Positions 1 through 9,309 are shown, counted from the first letter of the stretch. The stretch: DNA of 34,440 bases from Bacteriovoracia bacterium (GCA_046570105.1 JBKHVI010000029.1:1-34440); one strand, 5' to 3'. Made by a program: numbers and translations. The notes: a model not told the origin generated them from the sequence alone.

Positions 1-96
1 TTCGCGTAAGTAATCTATGAGCTTACCAACAGGCGGATTTGCCTGAGCTAAACCAGTCACAATAAGAAGCGAAATAGTTAAAATCACTCGTAACAT
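1..96 (-). CDS. 5' part of a secreted protein (runs off window start): MLRVILTISLLIVTGLAQANPPVGKLIDYLRE...
   Basis: ATG at 96-94, frame open to position 1; classic signal peptide ending AQA; not in ORF track. Confidence 0.7.
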   Translation of the reverse strand, partial: MLRVILTISLLIVTGLAQANPPVGKLIDYLRE

Positions 97-103
97 GAGC
101 GAC

Positions 104-130
104 TTATCGGCTTACTGAGTGGAATTTTGA
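104..130 (-). promoter_or_regulatory. sigma28/FliA-type promoter for the 1..96 gene
   Basis: Minus strand TCAA-N15-GCCGATAA; consensus is TAAA-N15-GCCGATAA. Confidence 0.65.
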
Positions 131-150
131 GGGGAGAGGTCAGCTTTTGC

Positions 151-177
151 TAAGTCTTTATAAGTAATAGCCGATAG
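151..177 (+). promoter_or_regulatory. sigma28/FliA-type promoter for 186..515 and 503..2026
   Basis: TAAG(151-154)-N15-GCCGATAG(170-177). Confidence 0.65.
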
Positions 178-185
178 GTCTATCT

Positions 186-515
186 ATGAAGCGAATGCTC
201 ATCTTAATACTGTTACTAATTAATCAAAGCTTTGCCGCTGAAGTCTGGAAAATTGGCGAGCAAGAACTCAAACTGATTAAATGCCCAGAAAAAATGTGCA
301 TGTATCATTGTGCAGAAAAAAACTGTCGTGCACTTAAAGCAATGAACAATCCACTTAAAGCAACACTGACTGATGATGGTCGGAATCCAGGTTCAGGAGT
401 TTGCAAGAAACAAGGTGGAGAAGTCTCTATCGCCGAATCGAAGTCAGGACAGATGGCGCTTTGTCGTTTTCCTGATGGCAGCCAAATTAGCTTGGATGGC
501 CTATGGGTTTGGTAG
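186..515 (+). CDS. small secreted Cys-rich protein with C-terminal DUF333-like domain
   Basis: Signal peptide; NPGSGVCKKQGG...LCRFPDG resembles the DUF333 NPAxxxCxxxGG...CxxPdG pattern. Confidence 0.65.
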   Translation: MKRMLILILLLINQSFAAEVWKIGEQELKLIKCPEKMCMYHCAEKNCRALKAMNNPLKATLTDDGRNPGSGVCKKQGGEVSIAESKSGQMALCRFPDGSQISLDGLWVW

Positions 516-2026
516 TTTTCTTAACACTCATTTTTAGTCTCAATGCTGAAGCCAAGAGCTGTCGCTTGCCTGATAAACCGGTGCAAGATCAGGACGGACT
601 AGGTTCGTGTTATGCCAACACAGCTAGCCTCATGATGGAGCATAATCTCAAGTTACCTTCAACTCCTTCTTATTTTCAGTTAAGCATGAATGCCTCAGCT
701 CATCGTGGAACGTTTATGTACACCGACAAAGAAGGTGTAAGCGATCTTTTCAATCGCGGTGGTTGGGTTTGTGAAACGTTTGATAGTGCTAAGAAAGAAG
801 GATACTGCGACTCGGGGACATTTGAGTGGGATGCCGTAGGCACAACTGATCCTCAATTGGGACAAGAAACGTTTCTTAACTCATTGGGTGCACTTATTGA
901 AAATCATCGAGCTGAATTAAGCAGGCTTAGTAATACCAAAATGTTTAGTGAAGAGCGGCAAAAGCTGGAGCGTCAGTTGGCCGGTGTTTTTCAAAACCGA
1001 GCTCAGCTATGTCAGACCAAGCAAGAAGATTTTTTAGCGGATCGATTTTTCGATCGTCTCAAACGAAAGTGGTCTGATCGCTTAAAAAGAATGAAGCCTG
1101 GGGCGGATCGAACGGCCCTGTCCAAGATGTATGATAAAACATTTACTGCTGGGCTTGCTACCCCCGAAGCACGGGCCTATCTGACAAATGATTTTTTGCC
1201 ACGCTCTTTCGATGATGCGTTTCTTGCGACTAATCCAAGCGTAGATGCTTTAAAACGCAGAAATATGCTTCCAGAAAAAATGTTTGAAATCTGGTGGTGG
1301 AATAAATTGAAGTTACCAGGAAAGTTCTCTCCTTTTGAGTATGAAGGTTATGAATATGTGAAAGATTACAAGTCCCGCTCAGCTTGCCGTGAAGATGAAA
1401 CAATTGTAGCGGTAAAGTCTTTAGTGTTTGGCTGTGGACAGGTACCGGCCATTATTGAACCTCGTCATGAGGAAACGGCCCGTGATGTGTTAAAAGCAAT
1501 CCAACTCGCAACACGCTCAGGTGAAGCTGGACTTAAAGGATTGGTCAATCTGATCTCGCCCATGTGTGGAGCTGAGATGCAGGCACGCAAAGGAAAAATC
1601 AAAGCTGGGTGTAACAACAAATCGATTTCGGATGAGCTGGGTGCGGTTGCTGCTGCTGCAGAAATGGAAGATGAAATTTGCCAAGGGCGGGCCGTGGGGA
1701 TTGCCTTTTGTACCGGCTTTTTAAAGTCTTCCACACCAATCAACTCTCAATTTTGCACCCAAGATGTTCCAGGGATTGAAAAGCATGGTCGTCACGCAGT
1801 GGCACTCGTGGGTGTGAAAAATAATCTTGTGGGTGAACGAGTGTTTCTGATGCAAAACTCTTGGGGACGCTCATGTCCCTTTCTTCAGCATAGTGGTGGA
1901 AAAATTCCTGATGCCCTCAAGGGGCTTGTTGAATGCGAAATGAGTAATGGCTCACCCACTGGTCGCTTCTGGGTCAATGAAAAATTAATGATGAATAACA
2001 CCTACGCTTACCAAATTATTAAATAA
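503..2026 (+). CDS. secreted papain-like (C1) cysteine peptidase with large insertion
   Basis: Signal peptide; QDQDGLGSCYA (Cys36), HAV (His431) and QNSWG (Asn452) catalytic motifs. Confidence 0.8.
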   Translation: MGLVVFLTLIFSLNAEAKSCRLPDKPVQDQDGLGSCYANTASLMMEHNLKLPSTPSYFQLSMNASAHRGTFMYTDKEGVSDLFNRGGWVCETFDSAKKEGYCDSGTFEWDAVGTTDPQLGQETFLNSLGALIENHRAELSRLSNTKMFSEERQKLERQLAGVFQNRAQLCQTKQEDFLADRFFDRLKRKWSDRLKRMKPGADRTALSKMYDKTFTAGLATPEARAYLTNDFLPRSFDDAFLATNPSVDALKRRNMLPEKMFEIWWWNKLKLPGKFSPFEYEGYEYVKDYKSRSACREDETIVAVKSLVFGCGQVPAIIEPRHEETARDVLKAIQLATRSGEAGLKGLVNLISPMCGAEMQARKGKIKAGCNNKSISDELGAVAAAAEMEDEICQGRAVGIAFCTGFLKSSTPINSQFCTQDVPGIEKHGRHAVALVGVKNNLVGERVFLMQNSWGRSCPFLQHSGGKIPDALKGLVECEMSNGSPTGRFWVNEKLMMNNTYAYQIIK

Positions 2027-2027
2027 T

Positions 2028-2954
2028 TTAGCGCCAGTGAAATTCCCACGCTTTGTGAATCCCTGAATCGGCAAAATCCGGCGGTACAGTCCAACGAGTA
2101 ATCTCTTTAGCTTCGGCTGCCAGCGCTGGATCGAGTTTGAATTTGCGCTTATTCGTTGAAAAGTAGAGTACGCCGCCAGCATTGAGGCGCTTGAGGCATT
2201 CTTCAATCAAAAAAACATGATCGCGCTCAATATCTAGGACATCTTCCATGCGCTTAGAATTTGAAAAGCTAGGCGGATCGAGCACGATAATATCAAAGCG
2301 CTCTTCAGGAATGTCTCTTAGCCATGCCACCACATCGGCCTGCAGGAATTTGTGATCCTGGTAGGGGATTTCATTCAATAGAAAATTGCGGCGGGCCCAT
2401 TGCAAATACGGATTCGACATATCTATCGACATCACACTTTGAGCGCCACCTTTGGCGGCGGCCACACTTAAGGAGCCGGTGTAACAGAATAGATTGAGCA
2501 CTTTTTTATTTTTAGCCGTTTTGAGTAATTCGCGACGCAAAGGGCGATGGTCAAGAAATAGTCCGGTATCAAGATATTTGCGCAGATTAATTTCAAAATA
2601 GAGCGGACCTTCCTGCACCGTGAAAGTTTCATCCGCCTTAGGGTCAATCACTTCGTATTGATCATGGCCTTTTTGGCGTTGTCGGCGTTTGATGATGATA
2701 TGTTCTTCAGGGATTTTTAAAAGATCGACCAGCGCTGCAATTGTTTCTGCGTGGTGACGCGCGACGAGTTCAGGAGCTTCTTCAACTTCGCGACCTTGGT
2801 CATAAAAGAGACAATAATTCTTGTATAAATCGATCAGGTAGGGAAATGAGGGAATATCTTGCGCATAAAGACGCCAAGCTTCCACGTTTTGCGCACGAAA
2901 TTGGCCCGACAAACGTCGATAATTCTTTTGCAGGCGGTTGGCTATTTCGGACAC
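2028..2954 (-). CDS. rlmK: 23S rRNA SAM-dependent methyltransferase, RlmK-like (C-terminal half of RlmKL; RlmI/K family)
   Basis: ANRLQKN start, YLDTGLFLDHR, VLNLFCYTGS, DPPSFSNSK, FSTN motifs; GTG start with AAGGA SD. Confidence 0.8.
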   Translation of the reverse strand: MSEIANRLQKNYRRLSGQFRAQNVEAWRLYAQDIPSFPYLIDLYKNYCLFYDQGREVEEAPELVARHHAETIAALVDLLKIPEEHIIIKRRQRQKGHDQYEVIDPKADETFTVQEGPLYFEINLRKYLDTGLFLDHRPLRRELLKTAKNKKVLNLFCYTGSLSVAAAKGGAQSVMSIDMSNPYLQWARRNFLLNEIPYQDHKFLQADVVAWLRDIPEERFDIIVLDPPSFSNSKRMEDVLDIERDHVFLIEECLKRLNAGGVLYFSTNKRKFKLDPALAAEAKEITRWTVPPDFADSGIHKAWEFHWR

Positions 2955-3010
2955 GTGTCAATCCTTTCGAAGTTTTGCTAATCTCCTTACTATACTCGAA
3001 GGGTGTAAAC

Positions 3011-3340
3011 ATGTCTGCAGACCATGATAGAGATGAAGATGGTAAAAGCGGCGTAGCTGTCGCACGCAAAGTAAAGCTTGAGCGTCCCAAGCCGTGGAAA
3101 GTGCTGCTGCATAATGATGACTACACCACCATGGAATTTGTGGTGCACATTTTGCAAAAATATTTTGCAAAGAGTCGCCCTGAAGCTCAAAGCATTATGC
3201 TGGAAGTCCACACGCGAGGATATGGCGTCTGTGGAATCTTCACCTTTGAAGTCGCTGAGTCAAAAAAAGAAAAAGTCATGAAATATGCCCGTGAAAACGG
3301 ACATCCCTTAAAATGTAGTATTGAACCTAACGAAGATTGA
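3011..3340 (+). CDS. clpS: ATP-dependent Clp protease adaptor ClpS
   Basis: VLLHNDDYTTMEFVV, MLEVH..G, HPLKC motifs; true start ATG 3011 lies inside track ORF 2741..3340; adjacent to clpA. Confidence 0.95.
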   Translation: MSADHDRDEDGKSGVAVARKVKLERPKPWKVLLHNDDYTTMEFVVHILQKYFAKSRPEAQSIMLEVHTRGYGVCGIFTFEVAESKKEKVMKYARENGHPLKCSIEPNED

Positions 3341-3421
3341 GACAAAGCTCAGTCACCCTTGCGTCTTTCAAAAGAGTGCCCATCCTAAAGATGTGGCCAC
3401 TTTTGCCTCAAAGGATTGTTT

Positions 3422-5761
3422 ATGATTAGTCCCCAACTTGAACTTATTCTCAACAAAGCTATTCGTAAGGCCAATGAACATAAGCATGAGTTCCTCACGC
3501 TAGAAAATGTTCTCTTGGCGATGCTGGAAGATGCCATGGTGGTTGATGTGCTTCGTGACTGCGGCGCTAAGCTTGATGAACTTCGCCGTGACTTAGAAGT
3601 TTTTATTGCGGATAAATCGAACTTTAGTCTACTGGCCGATGAGGATATTGAAGAACTCAATCAAAAGCAGTTCGGAAATGAGCAGCTCAGAGAAGCTGCT
3701 CGCGAAAATGGTATTCGTTATCAACCAGAAATTTCCATGGCCCTTCAGCGTGTGATTCAGCGTGCAGCTATCCATATTCAGAGTTCAGGTAAAAAAACCA
3801 TCCAGGCGATCAATCTCTTGGTCGCTCTTTTTAGTGAAAAAGAAAGTCATGCCATCTATTTCTTGAACAAACAGGGAGTCGAGCGCGTGGATGTGGTGGA
3901 AAAAATCGCTCATGGCACTGATCGCCCCAACACGCAGCCTGAAGAAGGCCGTGACAGTCAAGAAAATGACGGTCCGTTTAGAAAAGAAGAGAAGTTTGAG
4001 AAGGCCTTGGCCGATTTCACCGTCAATCTTAACGAAGAAGCGCGCCAGGGTCGCCTCGATCCTACCATTGGCCGCGCTGATGAGATCCAAAGAATTACTC
4101 AGATCCTTTGTCGCCGCCGTAAAAATAATCCCATTTTGGTGGGAGATGCCGGTGTGGGTAAAACAGCGATCGCTGAAGGTCTCGCCCAGGCCATCGTGGA
4201 TGGAAAAGTTCCAGGCCCCTTGGCGAAAACAACTGTCTATTCATTAGACATGGCCTCACTTCTTGCCGGCACTAAGTTCCGCGGTGATTTTGAAGAGCGC
4301 TTGAAGATAGTTTTGCAGGCGATGGAGAAAAAGAACTCCAAAGACGGCAGTATTCTCTTTATTGATGAGATTCACACCATAATTGGCGCTGGTGCCACCA
4401 GCGGAGGCAGCATGGATGCCTCCAATCTTTTGAAGCCTGCTCTCTCAAAGGGTCAGTTGCGTTGTATGGGCTCAACCACATTTGAGGAATATCGCAAATA
4501 TTTTGAGAAAGATGCCGCCCTCAATCGTCGATTCCAGAAAGTGGATGTACCTGAGCCATCGCTAGAAGACACTTATCAGATCCTCCAAGGCCTCAAGCCA
4601 CGCTTAGAAGAACATCACGGCGTGAAATATTCCGATGAAGTCGTCCAGACGGCGGTTAATCTGTCGCAGAAGCACATCAGCGACCGCAAGCTACCAGATA
4701 AGGCGATTGATGTGATGGATGAGTTGGGGGCCTATTTGCGCTTGAAAGCGGATTGGGTGCAAGGTCGTGAGGCCACCATCGCTGAAGCAGAGTACATCGT
4801 CGCTAAGATTGCGCGAATTCCAGAGAAAAGCGTTTCGGGTAATGAGCGTGAGAAGTTGCAGAATCTTGAGCGCGACCTCAAAATGCTCATCTTTGGTCAA
4901 AATGAGGCGATCGAGAAGGTCACGAACTCGATTATCATGTCACGCTCAGGCCTCGGCAACACCCAGAAGCCCATCGCCAGTTTCTTGTTTGCAGGTCCCA
5001 CCGGCGTCGGCAAAACAGAGCTTGCAAAACAACTCGCAATGCAGATGGGGGTCAATTTCTTGCGCCTCGATATGTCGGAGTACATGGAGAAGCACACTGT
5101 TTCGAAGCTTATTGGAGCACCTCCTGGATACGTAGGATTTGATCAAGGTGGCTCACTCACTGATGCTGTTCATAAGACGCCCTATACAGTCTTGTTGCTC
5201 GATGAAATCGAGAAAGCTCACTCTGATATCTACAATATTCTCTTGCAGGTGATGGATCATGGAGCACTGACAGATTCCAATGGACGCACCACTGATTTCC
5301 GCAACGTCATTTTAATTATGACCTCAAATGCCGGCGCTAAAGATATGGAAGCAGGCGCGATCGGACTGTCAGGAAAAGTGGGCGGTGAAATCAATACGGC
5401 CAAGCGCGATCAGGCGATCCGGCAATTTTTTACCCCCGAGTTTAGAAACCGTCTTGATGCCGTTATCCACTTCAATCGATTGAAGCCGATCAACGTTGAG
5501 GCCATCGTAGAAAAGTTCTTGATGGAGCTTGAAGGCCAGCTGTTGGAGAAAAAAGTAGAGCTTGAAGTCACTTCTGAGGCCCGCGCATGGTTAGCCCGTC
5601 ATGGTTTTGACGATAAATTGGGCGCAAGACCTGTTGGAAGACTTGTTGATGAGAAGATAAAGAAGCCTTTGGCCCATGAAATTCTCTTCGGTCGTCTCGA
5701 AAAAGGTGGTCGCGTGGTGGTTGATGAGGGTGCTGATGGACCTGTTTTCAAATTTTCCTAA
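3422..5761 (+). CDS. clpA: Clp protease ATP-binding subunit ClpA
   Basis: Clp N-domain, two AAA+ modules ([16 protein letters not shown]), IGL loop, no ClpB M-domain; AAGGA SD before ATG 3422. Confidence 0.95.
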   Translation: MISPQLELILNKAIRKANEHKHEFLTLENVLLAMLEDAMVVDVLRDCGAKLDELRRDLEVFIADKSNFSLLADEDIEELNQKQFGNEQLREAARENGIRYQPEISMALQRVIQRAAIHIQSSGKKTIQAINLLVALFSEKESHAIYFLNKQGVERVDVVEKIAHGTDRPNTQPEEGRDSQENDGPFRKEEKFEKALADFTVNLNEEARQGRLDPTIGRADEIQRITQILCRRRKNNPILVGDAGVGKTAIAEGLAQAIVDGKVPGPLAKTTVYSLDMASLLAGTKFRGDFEERLKIVLQAMEKKNSKDGSILFIDEIHTIIGAGATSGGSMDASNLLKPALSKGQLRCMGSTTFEEYRKYFEKDAALNRRFQKVDVPEPSLEDTYQILQGLKPRLEEHHGVKYSDEVVQTAVNLSQKHISDRKLPDKAIDVMDELGAYLRLKADWVQGREATIAEAEYIVAKIARIPEKSVSGNEREKLQNLERDLKMLIFGQNEAIEKVTNSIIMSRSGLGNTQKPIASFLFAGPTGVGKTELAKQLAMQMGVNFLRLDMSEYMEKHTVSKLIGAPPGYVGFDQGGSLTDAVHKTPYTVLLLDEIEKAHSDIYNILLQVMDHGALTDSNGRTTDFRNVILIMTSNAGAKDMEAGAIGLSGKVGGEINTAKRDQAIRQFFTPEFRNRLDAVIHFNRLKPINVEAIVEKFLMELEGQLLEKKVELEVTSEARAWLARHGFDDKLGARPVGRLVDEKIKKPLAHEILFGRLEKGGRVVVDEGADGPVFKFS

Positions 5762-5846
5762 AGCTTTTTATGGGTACCAACCGAGAAGATAAAAAAGGAA
5801 ATATGAAAGTTTTTTTGGCGAAATCAAAAAAAAATGTATTTTTTGT

Positions 5847-5875
5847 TTGCGTTAGAAAAAAATCGTGTTTAAGCT
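5847..5875 (+). promoter_or_regulatory. sigma70-type promoter with A/T-tract UP-like element
   Basis: TTGCGT(5847-52)-N17-TAAGCT(5870-75), preceded by A/T tracts at about 5810-5846. Confidence 0.55.
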
Positions 5876-5920
5876 TTAGATAAGAAAGGTCAACGAACCA
5901 CTCATTTCTGGGAGGAAATC

Positions 5921-6004
5921 ATGGTTAAGAAAGCTGCTAAGAAAAAAGCCACTAAAAAAGTTGCAAAGAAAGCAACTAAGAAAAAGGCTGCTAAGAAGCG
6001 TTAG
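5921..6004 (+). CDS. 27-aa Lys/Ala-rich histone H1-like microprotein MVKKAAKKKATKKVAKKATKKKAAKKR
   Basis: GGAGG SD at 5911-15, ATG 5921, TAG 6002-04; 14 K, 1 R, 7 A; own promoter and terminator; below ORF-track cutoff. Confidence 0.85.
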   Translation: MVKKAAKKKATKKVAKKATKKKAAKKR

Positions 6005-6019
6005 TTCGCTCCTTTAGTT

Positions 6020-6047
6020 AAAGGGTCCTTCGGGGCCCTTTTTTTTT
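6020..6047 (+). terminator. intrinsic terminator, possibly bidirectional
   Basis: AAAGGGTCC-TTCG-GGGCCCTTT stem with C(UUCG)G loop, then long T tract; between convergent genes. Confidence 0.9.
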
Positions 6048-6057
6048 GCCTTTTTTT

Positions 6058-7359
6058 CTACTTCTTCTTTTTAATCCCACTCATACGTACCAATGCATTT
6101 AGCGGCACGCTTACTAGATAAGAGCGAGTGGCACTCACAAATGGCGCCCAGGAAATATTCTTCGAGGCGGCAGGGAGTGCGAGGAGACATAAAAACCTGA
6201 GTACAGAAGACGTGATAAATAATCCCAAATAGTTGTTCGTGAACCATTCACTTTGTAATAATTGTCCGCCCAAAAGAACACCGAGGCTCATGCCGAGCGT
6301 GTTGAAAAAAGAAATATAAGTCATCAGTGAGGTGCGTTCATGATCTTTGATGCGATCAAAGTACAGCATGATGGTGGCCAGCTCGAAGCCGGCCCAGGCG
6401 CAGCCGGAAACAAACTCAATAAAGACTAACCACGGATAAAAAGTCGAAATCGACCACCATAAAGGGGTCAGGCTGATGGCGAGGCAGCTAAAAAAGAGAA
6501 TTGTGGGTACTTGCTGAGGCTTGGCACGATATCTCAGAACTCGAAAAGCGAGAATTCGTCCTAAAAATGAAGTTGCGATAACGATGGTGTAGGGAAGTGG
6601 GCCCCAATTGAGCTTTCGAAGCATGTAAGGATCAAAATAAGCTCCACTGAACTGAACAACAAAGTACCAAAGAAACAAAAAGACGACGAGCTGGCCCTGT
6701 GGAGTACCTTTCAGGCGCTTTAGAAAGTCACGTAGGCGTACGCGCTCCTCACCGGTGGCAACAATTGCCACATCTCTATGAAGCGCGAGCTCGCGGGCAG
6801 AAAGAAATTTGAGAAGTGAGCAAAAAAGAAAAATACCACCAAACACCCACAATCGATCCGCTTCGGGTTGTTGCTCCATCAGCCAGCCAGTAAGAAGAAG
6901 GCCGGCAATGACAGCGACTTGCGCCCATGCATTGCGAAGAGCAAAAAATTTAAGGCGAAAGCGCGCGGGAATGGTTTCACCAATCAAGCGATGCCAAGGT
7001 GGTTGTGAGGAGAGTCCCGCCGCCCAGTAAAGCCCCAAAAGAAATATAACTAAATAAGTAGATTCTATTTTCCAGAATCCCATGGCCGCCAAAAGAGGAA
7101 AGGTGAGTGCTTGGATAATAACAAAGCCCACCACTCGTTTTTTCAGTCCCATGCGTCGAAAGGGGCCGCGTATCGCCAGCATTTGAAAACAAACACCAAT
7201 AAACATGGGAATAATTTTTCCAGAACCCGCCGCAACTTCCGAAAGTCCAAGCATCAGCATAAATGCCACAAAGTAGCTTTCTGCTAAGCCCACAGTCATA
7301 TTAGTGAAGGCAGCATCTCTTAAACTGGCGCGGACAAGTTGGTGGTTCGAAGGTTCCAT
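6058..7359 (-). CDS. MFS transporter
   Basis: 433 aa, about 12 hydrophobic segments in two halves, IPARFR loop motif. Confidence 0.8.
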   Translation of the reverse strand: MEPSNHQLVRASLRDAAFTNMTVGLAESYFVAFMLMLGLSEVAAGSGKIIPMFIGVCFQMLAIRGPFRRMGLKKRVVGFVIIQALTFPLLAAMGFWKIESTYLVIFLLGLYWAAGLSSQPPWHRLIGETIPARFRLKFFALRNAWAQVAVIAGLLLTGWLMEQQPEADRLWVFGGIFLFCSLLKFLSARELALHRDVAIVATGEERVRLRDFLKRLKGTPQGQLVVFLFLWYFVVQFSGAYFDPYMLRKLNWGPLPYTIVIATSFLGRILAFRVLRYRAKPQQVPTILFFSCLAISLTPLWWSISTFYPWLVFIEFVSGCAWAGFELATIMLYFDRIKDHERTSLMTYISFFNTLGMSLGVLLGGQLLQSEWFTNNYLGLFITSSVLRFLCLLALPAASKNISWAPFVSATRSYLVSVPLNALVRMSGIKKKK

Positions 7360-7404
7360 GGTATTTTGAATTATCTCTCAATGCTTATCAGTTAAGGAAC
7401 TATT

Positions 7405-7995
7405 GTGATCAAAAAGCTCAATCAGATTTTTTTTAAAGGTCTGATCCTCATTTTGCCCATCTCGCTCACTTTCTACTTATTATTTTGGATAAGTGTTAAG
7501 GTCGAAAGCTTGTTTGGTTCGATTATTCTTTGGGCCGTCGGCCAAGAATTTTATTTTCCAGGCACAGGTATTATCCTCACCATCTTGGTGATCTTTTTAG
7601 TCGGTTTAATGGCCCATAGTTATGTGACTGGGCCGATCTTTCGCTGGTTCACCGGCCAGATGGAAAAGTTCCCCCTCATCAAGGCGATCTACAATCCTTT
7701 AAAAGATTTGATGGCCTTGATTCCAGGCCGCGGTCAAGAAACCGCCGGCAATCAGCGCGTCGTCTTGGTTCCTTATGCCGGCGTGCAAGTTCTCGGCATG
7801 GTTACTCGCGAGAAACTAGATGAACTCAACCGTCCCGATCTCATCAGTGTCTATGTTCCATTCGGATATATGCTGGGTGGTATGACTCTACTTGTGCCAC
7901 GCGATCAAGTGCAAAAAGTAGATATGCCCGTCGATCAAGCACTGAAGCTTTCAGTCACTGCTTGGATTAAAGCGCGCGATGAGAAAGTCGATTAG
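7405..7995 (+). CDS. DUF502 family membrane protein
   Basis: FFKGLILILPISLT N-terminus, PLIKAIY, RVVLV, VYVP motifs; AAGGA SD. Confidence 0.8.
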   Translation: MIKKLNQIFFKGLILILPISLTFYLLFWISVKVESLFGSIILWAVGQEFYFPGTGIILTILVIFLVGLMAHSYVTGPIFRWFTGQMEKFPLIKAIYNPLKDLMALIPGRGQETAGNQRVVLVPYAGVQVLGMVTREKLDELNRPDLISVYVPFGYMLGGMTLLVPRDQVQKVDMPVDQALKLSVTAWIKARDEKVD

Positions 7996-8005
7996 AAGGA
8001 CTTCA

Positions 8006-8037
8006 AATTCGCCCGTTCATTAATTTACGGGTGAATT
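8006..8037. other. intergenic hairpin between convergent genes (terminator-like, no U tract)
   Basis: AATTCGCCCGT-N10-ACGGGTGAATT, 11-bp stem with one G-U pair. Confidence 0.5.
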
Positions 8038-8048
8038 GAGAATTGGGA

Positions 8049-8555
8049 TTAGACATCACTCAAAGTTTTCTTCAAATGCACACCTAGCTCATCCATCAGT
8101 GATGAGCGTAGGGAGAGTTGGCGTGTCGTGATGCCACTCATGGCCAAAATCTTTTTTGAGACGGCGTTTTCAATCGTGCCATTATATTTGTCAGAGAGAT
8201 AAATAACTTCTTTAATGCGCACAGTGGCGATCAACTTGGCACATTCATTACAAGGAAAAAGTGTCACGTAGAGACGCGTGCCTTCCAAGTTGCCTTTGGC
8301 ATGCAAAATAGCATTGGCCTCAGAGTGTACGACGTAAGCATATTTTTGTTGATCAAGCGGAAGCTCTTTCGATTTGTTCCAAGAAATCTGGGTTTCATCA
8401 ATCCCCGCAACTTGGCCGTTATAGCCCATACTGACTTGATGATTTTTGCTATCGACAAAAACACAACCGACTTTGGTGCTGGGATCTTTGCTTTTAAAAC
8501 TCGCCACGACAGCTTGGAGCATGAAGTATTCATCCCAATTGAGTTTGCTCTCCAT
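8049..8555 (-). CDS. dCMP deaminase (ComEB/Cd family)
   Basis: WDEYFM, SKDPSTKVG, GYNG, HSEANA, PCNEC zinc motifs. Confidence 0.9.
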   Translation of the reverse strand: MESKLNWDEYFMLQAVVASFKSKDPSTKVGCVFVDSKNHQVSMGYNGQVAGIDETQISWNKSKELPLDQQKYAYVVHSEANAILHAKGNLEGTRLYVTLFPCNECAKLIATVRIKEVIYLSDKYNGTIENAVSKKILAMSGITTRQLSLRSSLMDELGVHLKKTLSDV

Positions 8556-8557
8556 GA

Positions 8558-8938
8558 CTAGCTCCGTGCTCTAAAGAGCAATACTTGTTGAACTTCAAGA
8601 GTGGATTCATCTTGGAAGGCAGGAAAACTCATGCCATCCACCACATTAAAGAGGCAATCATAAAACCGCGAATCCCACGCGCCACTTTCATCAAGCCATA
8701 AAGTTTCTAAGGCTCCCGATGGATTGAGACGAAAAGTCATATTCACTTCAATCTGCTTAAGTCCGTCACGTTTGAGGTGCTTTCCACAAAGCTGAAAACG
8801 ACCTTGGTCACGGGCCAGAACTTTTTGTACTTCCGATTCCCAGTCTGACTTAGACGGACGAGAGGGTGTTGTACAACTGGTGCCGAGCATTGCAGCAAAG
8901 CACAAAAAAAGCATTCCAAGGCGACAATTCATCATCAT
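8558..8938 (-). CDS. lipoprotein with AgmX/PglI C-terminal (TonB-C-like) domain
   Basis: Lipobox-like LGTSC; FQLC...FRLNPSG...DC.......SFP pattern. Confidence 0.55.
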   Translation of the reverse strand: MMMNCRLGMLFLCFAAMLGTSCTTPSRPSKSDWESEVQKVLARDQGRFQLCGKHLKRDGLKQIEVNMTFRLNPSGALETLWLDESGAWDSRFYDCLFNVVDGMSFPAFQDESTLEVQQVLLFRARS

Positions 8939-8994
8939 GTCGGTAATATAAGCTGACCGTTAAGTCTTGGCCATGTCCTCTGAGGAGAGCTTTT

Positions 8995-9309
8995 ATGAAA
9001 TACGAAATTCCCCGCGAAGTTTTTAAGCAACGTCTCAATGATAAACTCAATTTCGCGATGGTAGATGTACAAGCGCAAGTTGCGGTGGCCTTTGAAGGCA
9101 CTCAGCACATTCCTTTCGGCTCGGATTTTGTGAGCAAATTTTCCGCCAAGTATCCTGCCAAATCACAAAATGTGATTGTTTATGCTTTAAATCGCGAAGA
9201 TGAAGCACCTGTGCAAGCTGCTGATGAACTAGCGGCAGCCGGTTATCAATTTGTTTATTTCTATCGTGGAAGTGACAAAGATCTCGTACTCGACAAAGGT
9301 CTTAACTAA
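8995..9309 (+). CDS. rhodanese-like domain protein lacking catalytic Cys
   Basis: VDV..., GTQHIP, VIVYA, AA..L...GY..V..Y.G pattern; GAGGAG SD. Confidence 0.65.
   Translation: MKYEIPREVFKQRLNDKLNFAMVDVQAQVAVAFEGTQHIPFGSDFVSKFSAKYPAKSQNVIVYALNREDEAPVQAADELAAAGYQFVYFYRGSDKDLVLDKGLN

Noticed and set aside
2741..3010. N-terminal extension of track ORF 2741..3340
   Set aside because: Overlaps rlmK antisense; ClpS homology begins at ATG 3011.
3369..3405. Imperfect hairpin between clpS and clpA
   Set aside because: Several bulges and no U tract; no function can be supported.
5803..5883. 26-codon ORF MKVFLAKSKKNVFFVCVRKKSCLSFR with AAGGA upstream
   Set aside because: Short SD spacing, made of A/T tracts, and coincides with the predicted promoter of the K/A microprotein; probably chance.
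8937..8963. sigma28-like TTAA-N15-ACCGACAT on the minus strand
   Set aside because: Multiple mismatches, and the -10 box overlaps the start codons.
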